This document shows, one piece after another, positions 22,702 through 30,824 of a stretch of 34,117 bases of DNA. The notes below the pieces were generated by a model, which was not told the DNA's origin, did not search any database, and saw nothing but the letters and a program-made list of their open reading frames with translations. The stretch comes from a virus: IMG/VR virus record IMGVR_UViG_3300038321_000129, positions 1-34,117 of that record; one strand, 5' to 3'. The position numbers and the translations under genes are program-made. Numbering within the stretch: the stretch's first letter is position 1; every line of letters starts with the position of its first letter.

Positions 22702-23349
22702 TTAGAACCACTCCGCTAATTTGCCTTGTGCCTGTGCTTTTCTGACTCGCTCAACACCAATCTTATAAAACTCCTCGTCCTTCTCGACGCAGATGAATTT
22801 ACGCCCAGTATTAATACACGCGACCGCGGTTGTATGTGATCCTGCGAACGGATCAAATATTATTTGATCTTCGGAAGAATATTCTTTTAAAATCCATTCT
22901 ATTAATTCGAGTGGTTTTTGAGTAGGGTGCATCTTCAAATTATTTTTATTTAGAACAAAACCACCATTACTACAAAATCTAAATATTTTTGAAACCCTGT
23001 CAAAAGACGTCCATATATATTCAGCTTGAGAGTAATTGGTTGCGCTTTTTATTTTGTCCCACACAATAAAGCCCCTTGTAGGAGGGAGATAAAAATAATT
23101 ACCTCCTGATATAACTTGGTTCTTCGAAATCCTGAATATTTCATCAAAATATTCTTTGGAAGGAACTTCGTCAATCCAATCTGAATTATTATATAATTCC
23201 TGCATTCGGTTAGGTTTGGTGCAACCTCCAATAGATAATTTATCTCCAATACCATACGGCGGATCAGTCAGCACAAGGTCAACGCATTTATCCGGCATGT
23301 CTCGCATGATATCAAGACAGTCACCAAGATAACATTTATTCAGTTCCAT
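22702..23349 (-). CDS. DNA methyltransferase (beta-class; N6-adenine or N4-cytosine).
   Basis: Motif IV LVLTDPPYGIG precedes motif I IIFDPFAGSHTTAVA. Confidence 0.85.
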   Translation of the reverse strand: MELNKCYLGDCLDIMRDMPDKCVDLVLTDPPYGIGDKLSIGGCTKPNRMQELYNNSDWIDEVPSKEYFDEIFRISKNQVISGGNYFYLPPTRGFIVWDKIKSATNYSQAEYIWTSFDRVSKIFRFCSNGGFVLNKNNLKMHPTQKPLELIEWILKEYSSEDQIIFDPFAGSHTTAVACINTGRKFICVEKDEEFYKIGVERVRKAQAQGKLAEWF

Positions 23350-23549
23350 CTGTCACACCACTCGATATCCACTAAATAAATTACCGTGCCCTTATCAGTT
23401 ATCATAACCGTCATACCTCCTTCTCCATAATAACTAATGTGCTTGTGCGCGGTCTCTCTGTCAAGATGGTTGCTCCGCAGACATCCATTCGGGTGTTTAT
23501 ACTCGCATCCTCGGCACTTTGATTCCAAAACTGCTATTAAGTTACACAT
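23340..23549 (-). CDS. Hypothetical small Cys-containing protein.
   Basis: 69 aa (CRGCEYKHPNGC). Overlaps both neighbouring genes by 8-10 nt. Confidence 0.5.
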   Translation of the reverse strand: MCNLIAVLESKCRGCEYKHPNGCLRSNHLDRETAHKHISYYGEGGMTVMITDKGTVIYLVDIEWCDRWN

Positions 23550-23838
23550 AATTCACCTCTAATTGTTCCCGGGAAACAATCAAATCATAATCTAAATTGT
23601 TGGCTTTGTGCGCGTTGCATCTATGACACAGCGCGCAAACATTATCCCGAGTATCTTTTCCGCCTTTTGATAATGGGATGACATGATCCCGGGTCGGTCG
23701 TTCTTCCTCCGTAAACTCCTTCCCGCATTTCAGACACTTATTACCTTGAGCTTTTACGATACGTTCGAATGCTTCGTTTGTTAGTCGGTCGGTTCGTTTT
23801 GTGTTGCGTATGGCGTTTTCTCTTTTTTTCTTTTTCAT
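23542..23838 (-). CDS. HNH endonuclease.
   Basis: CLKCGKEF...RDHVIPLSKGGKDTRDNVCALCHRCNAHK. Confidence 0.85.
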   Translation of the reverse strand: MKKKKRENAIRNTKRTDRLTNEAFERIVKAQGNKCLKCGKEFTEEERPTRDHVIPLSKGGKDTRDNVCALCHRCNAHKANNLDYDLIVSREQLEVNYV

Positions 23839-23861
23839 ACATTCACCTCTAAAAATGTGGG

Positions 23862-24857
23862 TTATGGTTTTAATCTTAGGTCCACATAGTCTTTAAAATC
23901 CGAACTATAAAACCCAGAGAATCCTTCAAAACCGTTTGTAACCAATACATCACCTAAGAGATATGTTACAGATGGTTCATCACCCACATTAACTCCATAC
24001 ACAGGTAAGGGGATTAACGCGGGATTATACAGATGGTCGGCGCAATATTTACAATCATAGTCATCATGTCCCAAAGCACAATCAAACATACCTGTTTTAA
24101 GGTTCGGCGTTGAGTGCGCACACGTCCGGCATGACACGTTAGGGATACATTTCCCGTGACAAATATCCTTAAAATCACAATATCGGCACTGATAATAATC
24201 AGGATTATCATTCAGTCGGACAGGCGGCACGGTCGCAGTCGTAACGATACGGGCCTTTTCTCTGAGTTGTTCGGTGTATGCCTTGTTAAACTTGACCCGT
24301 TCGCCGTAGATGTCGTCAGTGTCTTTCAGGACGGCGAAGTAATACGCACGATCTAACCCGGACCATAACATATACAGTTGCATCTGTGCGTAATGTTGGG
24401 GTTTGGATTTCATGACACCCGCGGTTTTCATGGCCTTGAAGTTCGCGGTGTTCATCGTCTTGACTTCGATGACGTGTTTTGTTTTCGGAGCTTCAATAAA
24501 CCCCCGCCCTATTCCGTCAACACTTCCCGATAGGAACTTGTTATCTTCATCGACATAATGGAACTGTCTGCCGTTTGTATCCCGCGTCTGGATGTCGATA
24601 CCGATATCAGACAAGTTCTTTAACAGTCTGTCCTCTTCCCGGTTGCCGGTCTCAAACAGCCGAAGCATACGACCATCGAACGAGGTCTTAGATTCTGCAC
24701 ACCATCTAAACTGATACCAAAGATATCTCAGACATGGATGTCCTATCTGGGACGCTCCTAAGTGTTTACGGGGTTGCATGACGTTCGCAGATTTAACGTA
24801 ATGCTCGTAAATCTGTTTTACTGTGGGGGTCTCGGTTTCAATAAAAATATCTACCAT
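23862..24857 (-). CDS. Cas4-like PD-(D/E)XK exonuclease with Cys clusters.
   Basis: GSVDGIG...HVIEVKT (D...ExK). QHYAQMQLY (QxxxY). N-terminal C (HPCLRY) plus CRYCDFKDIC, matching a Cas4-type 4-Cys pattern. Extra C-terminal CxxC pairs. Confidence 0.7.
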   Translation of the reverse strand: MVDIFIETETPTVKQIYEHYVKSANVMQPRKHLGASQIGHPCLRYLWYQFRWCAESKTSFDGRMLRLFETGNREEDRLLKNLSDIGIDIQTRDTNGRQFHYVDEDNKFLSGSVDGIGRGFIEAPKTKHVIEVKTMNTANFKAMKTAGVMKSKPQHYAQMQLYMLWSGLDRAYYFAVLKDTDDIYGERVKFNKAYTEQLREKARIVTTATVPPVRLNDNPDYYQCRYCDFKDICHGKCIPNVSCRTCAHSTPNLKTGMFDCALGHDDYDCKYCADHLYNPALIPLPVYGVNVGDEPSVTYLLGDVLVTNGFEGFSGFYSSDFKDYVDLRLKP

Positions 24858-24879
24858 AATAACAACCTAAAAAAAGAGG

Positions 24880-25341
24880 TTAGTTCCCGAATGGGAGCCC
24901 GGCTTTCTGGTCGTCTACTGGCAGTGTGTGCCCGCCGTTGATACTGTGATGTTTCCTAACCTCATTGTTAGCGGAATAGATGCCGACAGCCGGCTTAATC
25001 ACAACGTCAATACACATGATTTTGTTGTGCAGTTCCTCAGTTCGTTTAATACGAAGCACGCCACACGCTTCACAGATTTCTGCAAGCCTGATGTTTGCGA
25101 TCTTCATGGTTTTCACATCGTTCTCTGATGTGGTAGCCCGCCAGAGGTTGAGGGTTTCAAAGATGACGCGGTTCTTGTATTCGCCGTCTACAATGTTCCA
25201 ACGGATGCTAAGATACTTGTTTCCGGGTGTTTTCGCATCTTTGATTTCGGTTGATGCAATCAGTGCTTTGTAAGTCCCTGCCGGGATAGGGTCATACGAC
25301 GAGTCTTTTTCTACGGTTGTGCTGTCAAAGTTAAATTCCAT
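24880..25341 (-). CDS. DUF669-like protein (putative ssDNA-binding partner of the Sak4-type ATPase).
   Basis: Start reassigned to ATG 25341 (aaggaga SD). MEFNFDSTTVEKDSSYDPIPAGTYKALI...GEYKNRVIFETLNL matches my recollection of the DUF669 N-terminal pattern. Confidence 0.7.
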   Translation of the reverse strand: MEFNFDSTTVEKDSSYDPIPAGTYKALIASTEIKDAKTPGNKYLSIRWNIVDGEYKNRVIFETLNLWRATTSENDVKTMKIANIRLAEICEACGVLRIKRTEELHNKIMCIDVVIKPAVGIYSANNEVRKHHSINGGHTLPVDDQKAGLPFGN

Positions 25342-25345
25342 GGTT

Positions 25346-26110
25346 TCAGTTCTCCTTGTTTGTCTTTTTTGTAGTCGTCTGCGGTTCGGTTGGATACAGG
25401 TATTTGGCAATCTCAGACCATACCATAGGTATCTCATCCGGCATTTCGTAACGGGTCTTTGCCGTGTATGCCGGGTTGCTGTGGGTAAATATCACATGCT
25501 CACCGGCCGTGGTAGCGAGGTTGCGTTTCCCGTCGTTTGTGGTATAGACCTTTACAAGTGCATACCCGACGACGTCACACCATTCAACGACCCTAAGAGA
25601 TTCTGTCTTATACAAGTGGATACTCTGTTTGTCGTATTCCGGGAGGAGTGGGTCTGCCACCTTGACAACAGCCGCGTGGGCAATTAAGATAATAGTCATA
25701 CCCTTATCTCGTAACAAGTCAAGGCACTTAAACCAGTTCGCCCATACTGCCGTTCGTGCCTGATACCCCGCGCCGTATGCGCCTTTACTGATATCGGTGT
25801 ATCGGTTCTCAGCGCACACTTTAAGAGTGATCAATTCCTCCACGACATCAAGCGAATCAACGACGATCGTTTTAAAGTCGTGTTCCTGCGTGTAAAGAGC
25901 TTCTAAGATGTCCATACATTCCGCGTATGTTTTAGCGCGGACGTTTGGGACACTTGCGAGTGCTGGCGGGATGCCGTCCTCAAGGTTAAGCACAAAGGGT
26001 TTATTTGCCTTGCATGCAAAAGTTGTCTTTCCAACCCCTTCCCCACCATAGATACAAATCCGCGGGGGTTTAGCGAGGTTAGTTTTCAGTTCAGCCAAGT
26101 TATAAGCCAT
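25346..26110 (-). CDS. Sak4-like RecA-fold ATPase (AAA_24-type).
   Basis: Walker A ICIYGGEGVGKTTFA. Walker B TIVVDSLD. First gene of the minus-strand block. Confidence 0.7.
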   Translation of the reverse strand: MAYNLAELKTNLAKPPRICIYGGEGVGKTTFACKANKPFVLNLEDGIPPALASVPNVRAKTYAECMDILEALYTQEHDFKTIVVDSLDVVEELITLKVCAENRYTDISKGAYGAGYQARTAVWANWFKCLDLLRDKGMTIILIAHAAVVKVADPLLPEYDKQSIHLYKTESLRVVEWCDVVGYALVKVYTTNDGKRNLATTAGEHVIFTHSNPAYTAKTRYEMPDEIPMVWSEIAKYLYPTEPQTTTKKTNKEN

Positions 26111-26180
26111 GTTTTTGTTCCTTTTTTGTTTCGTTTCGTTTGTAACAACATCTCTGCTGTTACTTGTCTATTAGATGTAT

Positions 26181-26195
26181 AGGTATATATACTTA
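26181..26195. promoter_or_regulatory. Palindromic TATA-like motif (aggtatatatactta).
   Basis: 14/15 match. Centre lies 78 nt from ATG 26110. Confidence 0.5.
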
Positions 26196-26216
26196 ACCAT
26201 TACCACGTTAACATAT

Positions 26217-26231
26217 TAGTATATATACTCA
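26217..26231. promoter_or_regulatory. Palindromic TATA-like motif (tagtatatatactca).
   Basis: 13/15 match. Centre lies 26 nt from ATG 26250, which has no SD. Confidence 0.5.
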
Positions 26232-26249
26232 TACATCTAATTAATAATC

Positions 26250-26480
26250 ATGAAGGTAGAAATAGTGTGCCCGTATTGCGGTCATGTATGGATGAGAAAC
26301 ACCGATACAAAAAGCAGAGCGTGTCCGAAATGTCACCGGATAGTAGTCCCAAGAATACCGCGGGATATGCTGACCTGTAACCGGTGCGGCAATGTCTGGG
26401 AGCCGAGAGCGTCCGGTAAGATACCCGGCACGTGTCCTAAATGTAAGAGCCCATACTGGAATAAGGAGCGGGTGAGGTGA
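26250..26480 (+). CDS. Double Zn-ribbon protein (76 aa). Candidate early regulator.
   Basis: CPYCGH...CPKCH and CNRCGN...CPKCKSPYW. Confidence 0.65.
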   Translation: MKVEIVCPYCGHVWMRNTDTKSRACPKCHRIVVPRIPRDMLTCNRCGNVWEPRASGKIPGTCPKCKSPYWNKERVR

Positions 26481-26668
26481 CAGCCTCACAATCCGAGGAA
26501 TCACAGACGAACATGAAAACGGCGTATGTGTGCTATACATGCACACACGCGATACTCCCGGAAGAGTATTGGTGGAACCCTGCGCATATGGTGACGTGTG
26601 CGAGAGGGAAAACCCCCACGATCATTCAGGCGAAAAAGAAATGTAAGATGTATATACCAACACTATAA
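26477..26668 (+). CDS. Hypothetical small protein (63 aa).
   Basis: Start codon overlaps the upstream stop (GTGA, as placed in the ORF track). Contains CYTCTH...C. Confidence 0.5.
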   Translation: MTASQSEESQTNMKTAYVCYTCTHAILPEEYWWNPAHMVTCARGKTPTIIQAKKKCKMYIPTL

Positions 26669-26680
26669 ATCATATGTTGG
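26657..26680. terminator. Hairpin (ccaaca-N12-tgttgg) flanked by T-rich or A-rich tracts between convergent genes.
   Basis: 6-bp stem overlapping the stop of 26477..26668. The minus strand shows tttttcttttttttt after the stop of 26717..27076. Confidence 0.35.
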
Positions 26681-26716
26681 TTTATAGATTTTAAAATAAT
26701 AAAAAAAAAGAAAAAT

Positions 26717-27076
26717 TTACTCTTTTTCAACGAATGGTATTACAATCTCAACAAAGATTTTTGTTTCTCCACGCGCCTTTGCGGAAGCTAATCTTCTGTG
26801 ACCGTTGTAGAGCCGGTATTTTCCAGACTCTTCAATCGTAACATCTACCGGGGGGGCTTGGGTTGTAAGTTTCTGGTAGACTGGGACTTTCACACTCATA
26901 TCCTCGGATGTGGTCTCTATATCTGAGATGTTTATTTCTGTGAGGATATGATACATGAGTTTGCTGGCTCGATTCCATGCCAGGAAGTGTTTTCCAATTA
27001 AGTGGTATGCGTCTCCACCATCATACTCTTCTGCAATGGTTGCGTTCTCCCAAAGTTCGTTTATTGTAAGATTCAT
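26717..27076 (-). CDS. ParB N-terminal (ParB/Srx nuclease-like) domain protein.
   Basis: 119 aa. YRLYNGHRRLASAKARGETKIFVEIV matches the ParB-box DGHHRxxAA pattern. Confidence 0.6.
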   Translation of the reverse strand: MNLTINELWENATIAEEYDGGDAYHLIGKHFLAWNRASKLMYHILTEINISDIETTSEDMSVKVPVYQKLTTQAPPVDVTIEESGKYRLYNGHRRLASAKARGETKIFVEIVIPFVEKE

Positions 27077-27109
27077 TTCACTTTCCTCTACTTATAATAT
27101 TGGACTCGA

Positions 27110-27124
27110 AAGTATATATACTTA
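27110..27124. promoter_or_regulatory. Palindromic TATA-like motif AAGTATATATACTTA.
   Basis: Exact consensus. Centre lies 41 nt from ATG 27076. Confidence 0.55.
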
Positions 27125-27144
27125 TCTATTATAACACTAGGGAT

Positions 27145-27159
27145 AAGTGTATATACTTA
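27145..27159. promoter_or_regulatory. Palindromic TATA-like motif (aagtgtatatactta).
   Basis: 14/15 match. Faces the plus-strand packaging operon (ATG 27255). Confidence 0.45.
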
Positions 27160-27254
27160 TAACACCAATATATTACTATGTTAATGATAACTGGCGTCGA
27201 AGAGTTTTTATGTTTTGTAGACAATAAGAGTATATCGGATATGGGGGTTTAATT

Positions 27255-27869
27255 ATGGAAGATCAATTATCTTTACTTGGGCCCAATTTTGATTTGTTTG
27301 ATGATATGGATGATGCGGAATCTACAAAAATAGTATCGTCTCGCATTCTCAAGCGTAAATCTAAAGACCGGTTTATTAACGGGATGAAAAAAGAGGAGCT
27401 TTCACAGCTTCTCGACGTCCTCCCCGAAGATGGGGAATCGTTCCATCTAATTTCAAACGGAAAATATGATTATTATACGTTTATTCCGACCATCTTAAAC
27501 CACGTGGGACATATTGATGAGTTTTGGGGGTCGACGTGGACGATGAACCGCGCGAATCTAGAAGATTTGTTTAACTTATTTGATACCGGGAAAATCGACA
27601 CGATGAACATTATCACCGGTTTATTTTTCAAACGCCGGGAAACATCAGTATATGCCACCCTTGTAGATGGGATGTCCCGCAGAAAACAAAAAGTAAAATC
27701 GTGCGAGAATCACGCGAAAATACTTTTGATTCGGTCAGGTGAAAAATACTATGTAGTGGAGGGGTCTGCCAACTGGACGGCGAACCCGAGGATTGAGCAG
27801 AATATGATTACTCAAAGCAAAGAATTATACAATTTTCATAAGGGCTGGATGCAGGAATATATCGGATGA
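27255..27869 (+). CDS. PLD-superfamily (HKD-like) nuclease-domain protein.
   Basis: C-terminal NHAKILLIRSGEKYYVVEGSANWTANPR resembles HxK(x)4D(x)6GSxN, with the Asp position replaced by Arg. Confidence 0.55.
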   Translation: MEDQLSLLGPNFDLFDDMDDAESTKIVSSRILKRKSKDRFINGMKKEELSQLLDVLPEDGESFHLISNGKYDYYTFIPTILNHVGHIDEFWGSTWTMNRANLEDLFNLFDTGKIDTMNIITGLFFKRRETSVYATLVDGMSRRKQKVKSCENHAKILLIRSGEKYYVVEGSANWTANPRIEQNMITQSKELYNFHKGWMQEYIG

Positions 27870-28321
27870 CGCGAAAACAGAAATATACACCTAAATGCAC
27901 GTCTGCCGAAAAGGCCGTTAGAATAGCCACGATTTACCGGTTACTCCTCAGCGGAATGCGTCGGCGCGAGGTGTTACAATATGTAACAGAGAAAACCGAT
28001 TGGGGGATAGAAACATCTGCCATTGACAAATACATAGCGGAAGCGACGAAAGAGATCAAGGAAGTCACCGCCGAAGAGATTGAAACCGCGCGGGGAATGG
28101 CATACAAACGACTCGACACGCTTTATTATAAATCGCTTTTAATCAACGATTATAAAACCGCACTTGCTGTCCAAAAAGAGATGAATGAACTGTTTGGACT
28201 GAAAATTATTAAACAGGAAATATCTGGGAATATGGGTGTCCAGTTTGTCGACGACGTGCCGAAAGACGCTGCCAAACCAGACCATACGGCTGACGACATA
28301 GATGTAGATGAAGGGTATTAA
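27866..28321 (+). CDS. terS: Putative terminase small subunit.
   Basis: 151 aa. Overlaps and immediately precedes TerL. No diagnostic motif. Confidence 0.45.
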   Translation: MTRKQKYTPKCTSAEKAVRIATIYRLLLSGMRRREVLQYVTEKTDWGIETSAIDKYIAEATKEIKEVTAEEIETARGMAYKRLDTLYYKSLLINDYKTALAVQKEMNELFGLKIIKQEISGNMGVQFVDDVPKDAAKPDHTADDIDVDEGY

Positions 28322-29981
28322 AGACCTCTTAACCCCTGCGTTTTATCACGCATGGAACGCTTTATTCAATCCCCTCTATACCTATTACATTTTCAAGGGC
28401 GGTAGGAACTCGGGGAAAAGCACGTTTGTATCTCGGTGTATTATCCTCCTCATGATGAAGTTCCCGGTTAACGCGCTCGTTGTCCGTAAAGTGGCGAATA
28501 CCCTGTCTGAATCCGTCTATGAACAGTTGATAGACTCCATCGAATCGTTAGGCGTAAACGATTACTGGAAACGGTCTAAGAGTCCGCTGGGACTGATGTA
28601 TATTCCGAGAGGGAACCGTATCATATTCAGGGGTGCAGACGATCCAGTTAAACTCAAATCCATCAAGTCTCACAAATTCCCCATTGCTATTTTATGGATT
28701 GAGGAGGTATCCGAGTTTAAAAATGAGGATGAAGTTAGCACGATCGTTAACTCCGTTATCCGGGCTGAGTTGCCGGAAGGGTTAAAATATTATATCTTTT
28801 ACAGTTATAACCCGCCCCGCGCGCTTAACTCATGGGTCAATGTCAAATACAATACTTCGCTGATACCTTCTGATACCTACGTTCACCATTCGACGGTCAA
28901 TGATAACCCATACCTCAGTAAACAGCTCAAAGCCACGCTCATAGAGCTTCAAGCCAAGAAACCCGATCGGTATAGATGGGAGTTCCTCGGTGAAGCTGTA
29001 GGCTCTGGAGTCATGCCGTTCGATAATCTTGTATTCCGCGAGATCACAGATGAGGAGATACGGACCTTTGATAATTATCGGTGTGGTATCGACTGGGGAT
29101 ATGCTAACGATGCGTTTGCGTATGTCCGCTGGCATTATGATCGAACACGCCGGAAGATATATGCAGTCGATGAACGGTATGGTGTGCGGCTCACTGACCG
29201 GTCAAACGCAGATTGGCTCAAGGCTAGGAGGTATGCGAACGACCATACGTATATCAAAGCCGATTCCGCCGAACCTAAGACGATAGACTTGTATCGGAAC
29301 GATTACAACGTGACGAATATAATTGCGGCTACTAAGGGACCCGGGAGTGTAGAGACTGGGGAGAAGTGGCTGAATGATGAGATATTAGAGATCGTTATTG
29401 ACGAGAGACGCACGCCGAATATCGGAAGGGAGTTTAGGACTATCGACTATGCCCGAACCAAGGACGGCACGATATTAAGCCGATTGGTGGATTTGGATAA
29501 TCATTGTATTGCTGAAGGGACTCTGATTACAACCGATAAAGGACAAAGACCGATCGAAACGTTAAGTATTGGTGATTGGGTCTTAACTAGAGACGGATTT
29601 AAACGAGTATTGAAGGTATGGGATAATGGGGTTAGGGACGTTGTTTCGGTTAAATTATCTAATGGTTATTCACTGACAGCAACCCACGATCATAAACTTT
29701 TCGTTAACTTAGAAAGGTTTGTGCCGATAGATGAAATAAGTTATACCGACACGCTATATTGTTTAAATAAATCGGTCGCAGAGGATGCGCAAATCGTATC
29801 AGTGCAAGACGCCGGAAAGATGCAGGTTTATGATTTAACCGTTGAAGATTCTCATGAATATTTTGCCAATGGAATCTTAGTCCACAATTGCATCGACGCC
29901 ACACGCTACGCATTCGAGGACGATATAGGCGTTGGAACTTACGAGGATTACGGGTTTATGTCCGGTGGTGGATTGATTTAA
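28308..29981 (+). CDS. terL: Terminase large subunit (PBSX/Terminase_3-like) interrupted by a mini-intein.
   Basis: Walker A FKGGRNSGKST. Walker B ILWIEEVSE. Nuclease Asp GIDWGYANDAF. The C-terminal nuclease motif DNH|CIDATRYAFED is split by 128 aa. Confidence 0.9.
   Translation: MKGIKDLLTPAFYHAWNALFNPLYTYYIFKGGRNSGKSTFVSRCIILLMMKFPVNALVVRKVANTLSESVYEQLIDSIESLGVNDYWKRSKSPLGLMYIPRGNRIIFRGADDPVKLKSIKSHKFPIAILWIEEVSEFKNEDEVSTIVNSVIRAELPEGLKYYIFYSYNPPRALNSWVNVKYNTSLIPSDTYVHHSTVNDNPYLSKQLKATLIELQAKKPDRYRWEFLGEAVGSGVMPFDNLVFREITDEEIRTFDNYRCGIDWGYANDAFAYVRWHYDRTRRKIYAVDERYGVRLTDRSNADWLKARRYANDHTYIKADSAEPKTIDLYRNDYNVTNIIAATKGPGSVETGEKWLNDEILEIVIDERRTPNIGREFRTIDYARTKDGTILSRLVDLDNHCIAEGTLITTDKGQRPIETLSIGDWVLTRDGFKRVLKVWDNGVRDVVSVKLSNGYSLTATHDHKLFVNLERFVPIDEISYTDTLYCLNKSVAEDAQIVSVQDAGKMQVYDLTVEDSHEYFANGILVHNCIDATRYAFEDDIGVGTYEDYGFMSGGGLI
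29505..29888 (+). mobile_element. Class-1 mini-intein (128 aa, no homing-endonuclease domain) in TerL.
   Basis: Block A CIAEGTLI. Block B LTATHDHKLF. Block F VYDLTVEDSHEYFANG. Block G ILVHN followed by +1 Cys. In frame (384 nt). AT-richer than the flanking extein. Confidence 0.85.
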
Positions 29982-29983
29982 AA

Positions 29984-30006
29984 AAAGAGAGTTAAACCAA
30001 CTCTAA
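29984..30006 (-). terminator. Weak hairpin (agagtt-ggttt-aactct) followed by T7 on the minus strand.
   Basis: Overlaps the stop of 29992..30384. Lies between that gene and the convergent TerL end. Confidence 0.4.
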
Positions 30007-30384
30007 AATTACTTCTTTGTTGGATAATATTGATTTTGCTTTTTGCCTAGAGCGGGGGGACGCTATACACGTCTCAAGAATACAAGAATCACATCCTATA
30101 CCTATATCACTACAGACTGGGCATCTGTCCTCACCAACCATATTAAGATACATCCAAGCCATACGCTCTTGTGGTGTTGCGTCCCGGATAGTCTCGGTGC
30201 GGAACAAGACATTTTCTGAACCGAAACGTCTTATCAGACCTAACATATCCATTCGTTTTTCAATCTCGTCTCTAATTTCTTGGGAATAATGCATATCAGT
30301 TGATAACAAAAACATACACTTTTCTTCAAGTGTGATGGGTCTCCACTCCACCTTAACTTCCTTAATCCTAATTTTCAGTTCCAT
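29992..30384 (-). CDS. Hypothetical protein (130 aa) with a CPVC...C..C cluster. Distal gene of the antisense cassette.
   Basis: DRCPVCSDIGIGCDSCILETC. Opposite strand to the flanking packaging genes. Confidence 0.6.
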   Translation of the reverse strand: MELKIRIKEVKVEWRPITLEEKCMFLLSTDMHYSQEIRDEIEKRMDMLGLIRRFGSENVLFRTETIRDATPQERMAWMYLNMVGEDRCPVCSDIGIGCDSCILETCIASPRSRQKAKSILSNKEVILELV

Positions 30385-30671
30385 TTTTCCTCCAAATCAA
30401 TTAAAGCACGGTTAATAAACTCTTCCACAGTGTCATAAAACGCTTCGTAACTCGCATTACTCCATCTGTCAAAATAATCTGAATCTTCAGCGCGTAACAT
30501 CCACCGGTTCTTATTGCCGTCGTGCGGTTCGGTTAATGCGTAAAAGCAATACTTGTTATTAATCATGTTACTAAAATACACAGTTGATAAATCAACATCG
30601 TCTTCATAACGATACCCGTTATCCTCCATGTACTTTACTAACTTTTTCATGTCTTCTTTGTTTTGTTTCAT
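30375..30671 (-). CDS. Hypothetical acidic protein (98 aa). Proximal gene of the antisense cassette.
   Basis: 10-nt overlap with the downstream gene. Own palindromic promoter motif 46 nt upstream. Confidence 0.6.
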   Translation of the reverse strand: MKQNKEDMKKLVKYMEDNGYRYEDDVDLSTVYFSNMINNKYCFYALTEPHDGNKNRWMLRAEDSDYFDRWSNASYEAFYDTVEEFINRALIDLEEKWN

Positions 30672-30709
30672 TTCATCCCCAATTCTTGGATACTAATAAT
30701 ATGTTATCT

Positions 30710-30724
30710 AAGTATATATACTTA
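30710..30724. promoter_or_regulatory. Palindromic TATA-like motif AAGTATATATACTTA.
   Basis: Exact consensus between divergent genes 30671(-) and 30825(+). Confidence 0.55.
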
Positions 30725-30824
30725 ATCATATATATAAACTAATACCCATACAAACAATAATCATTTATAAACGTCTATATACCTAGTATATGCGCATGAG
30801 ACGTCATGTGCCGGAAATATTGAC

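Larger units (their letters stand above)
26171..26240. promoter_or_regulatory. 70-bp imperfect palindrome. Bidirectional control region between the divergent blocks.
   Basis: ttagatgtat + aggtatatatactta ... tagtatatatactc + atacatctaa. The outer 10-mers are exact reverse complements. Confidence 0.6.

Noticed and set aside
24880-25437. Long N-terminal extension of the DUF669-like ORF (track start 25437), and similarly of 18691..18996 and 4118..4423.
   Set aside because: The extensions overlap the upstream genes and are Arg-rich. Internal ATGs with good SDs (25341, 18858, 4190) give compact, coupled genes.
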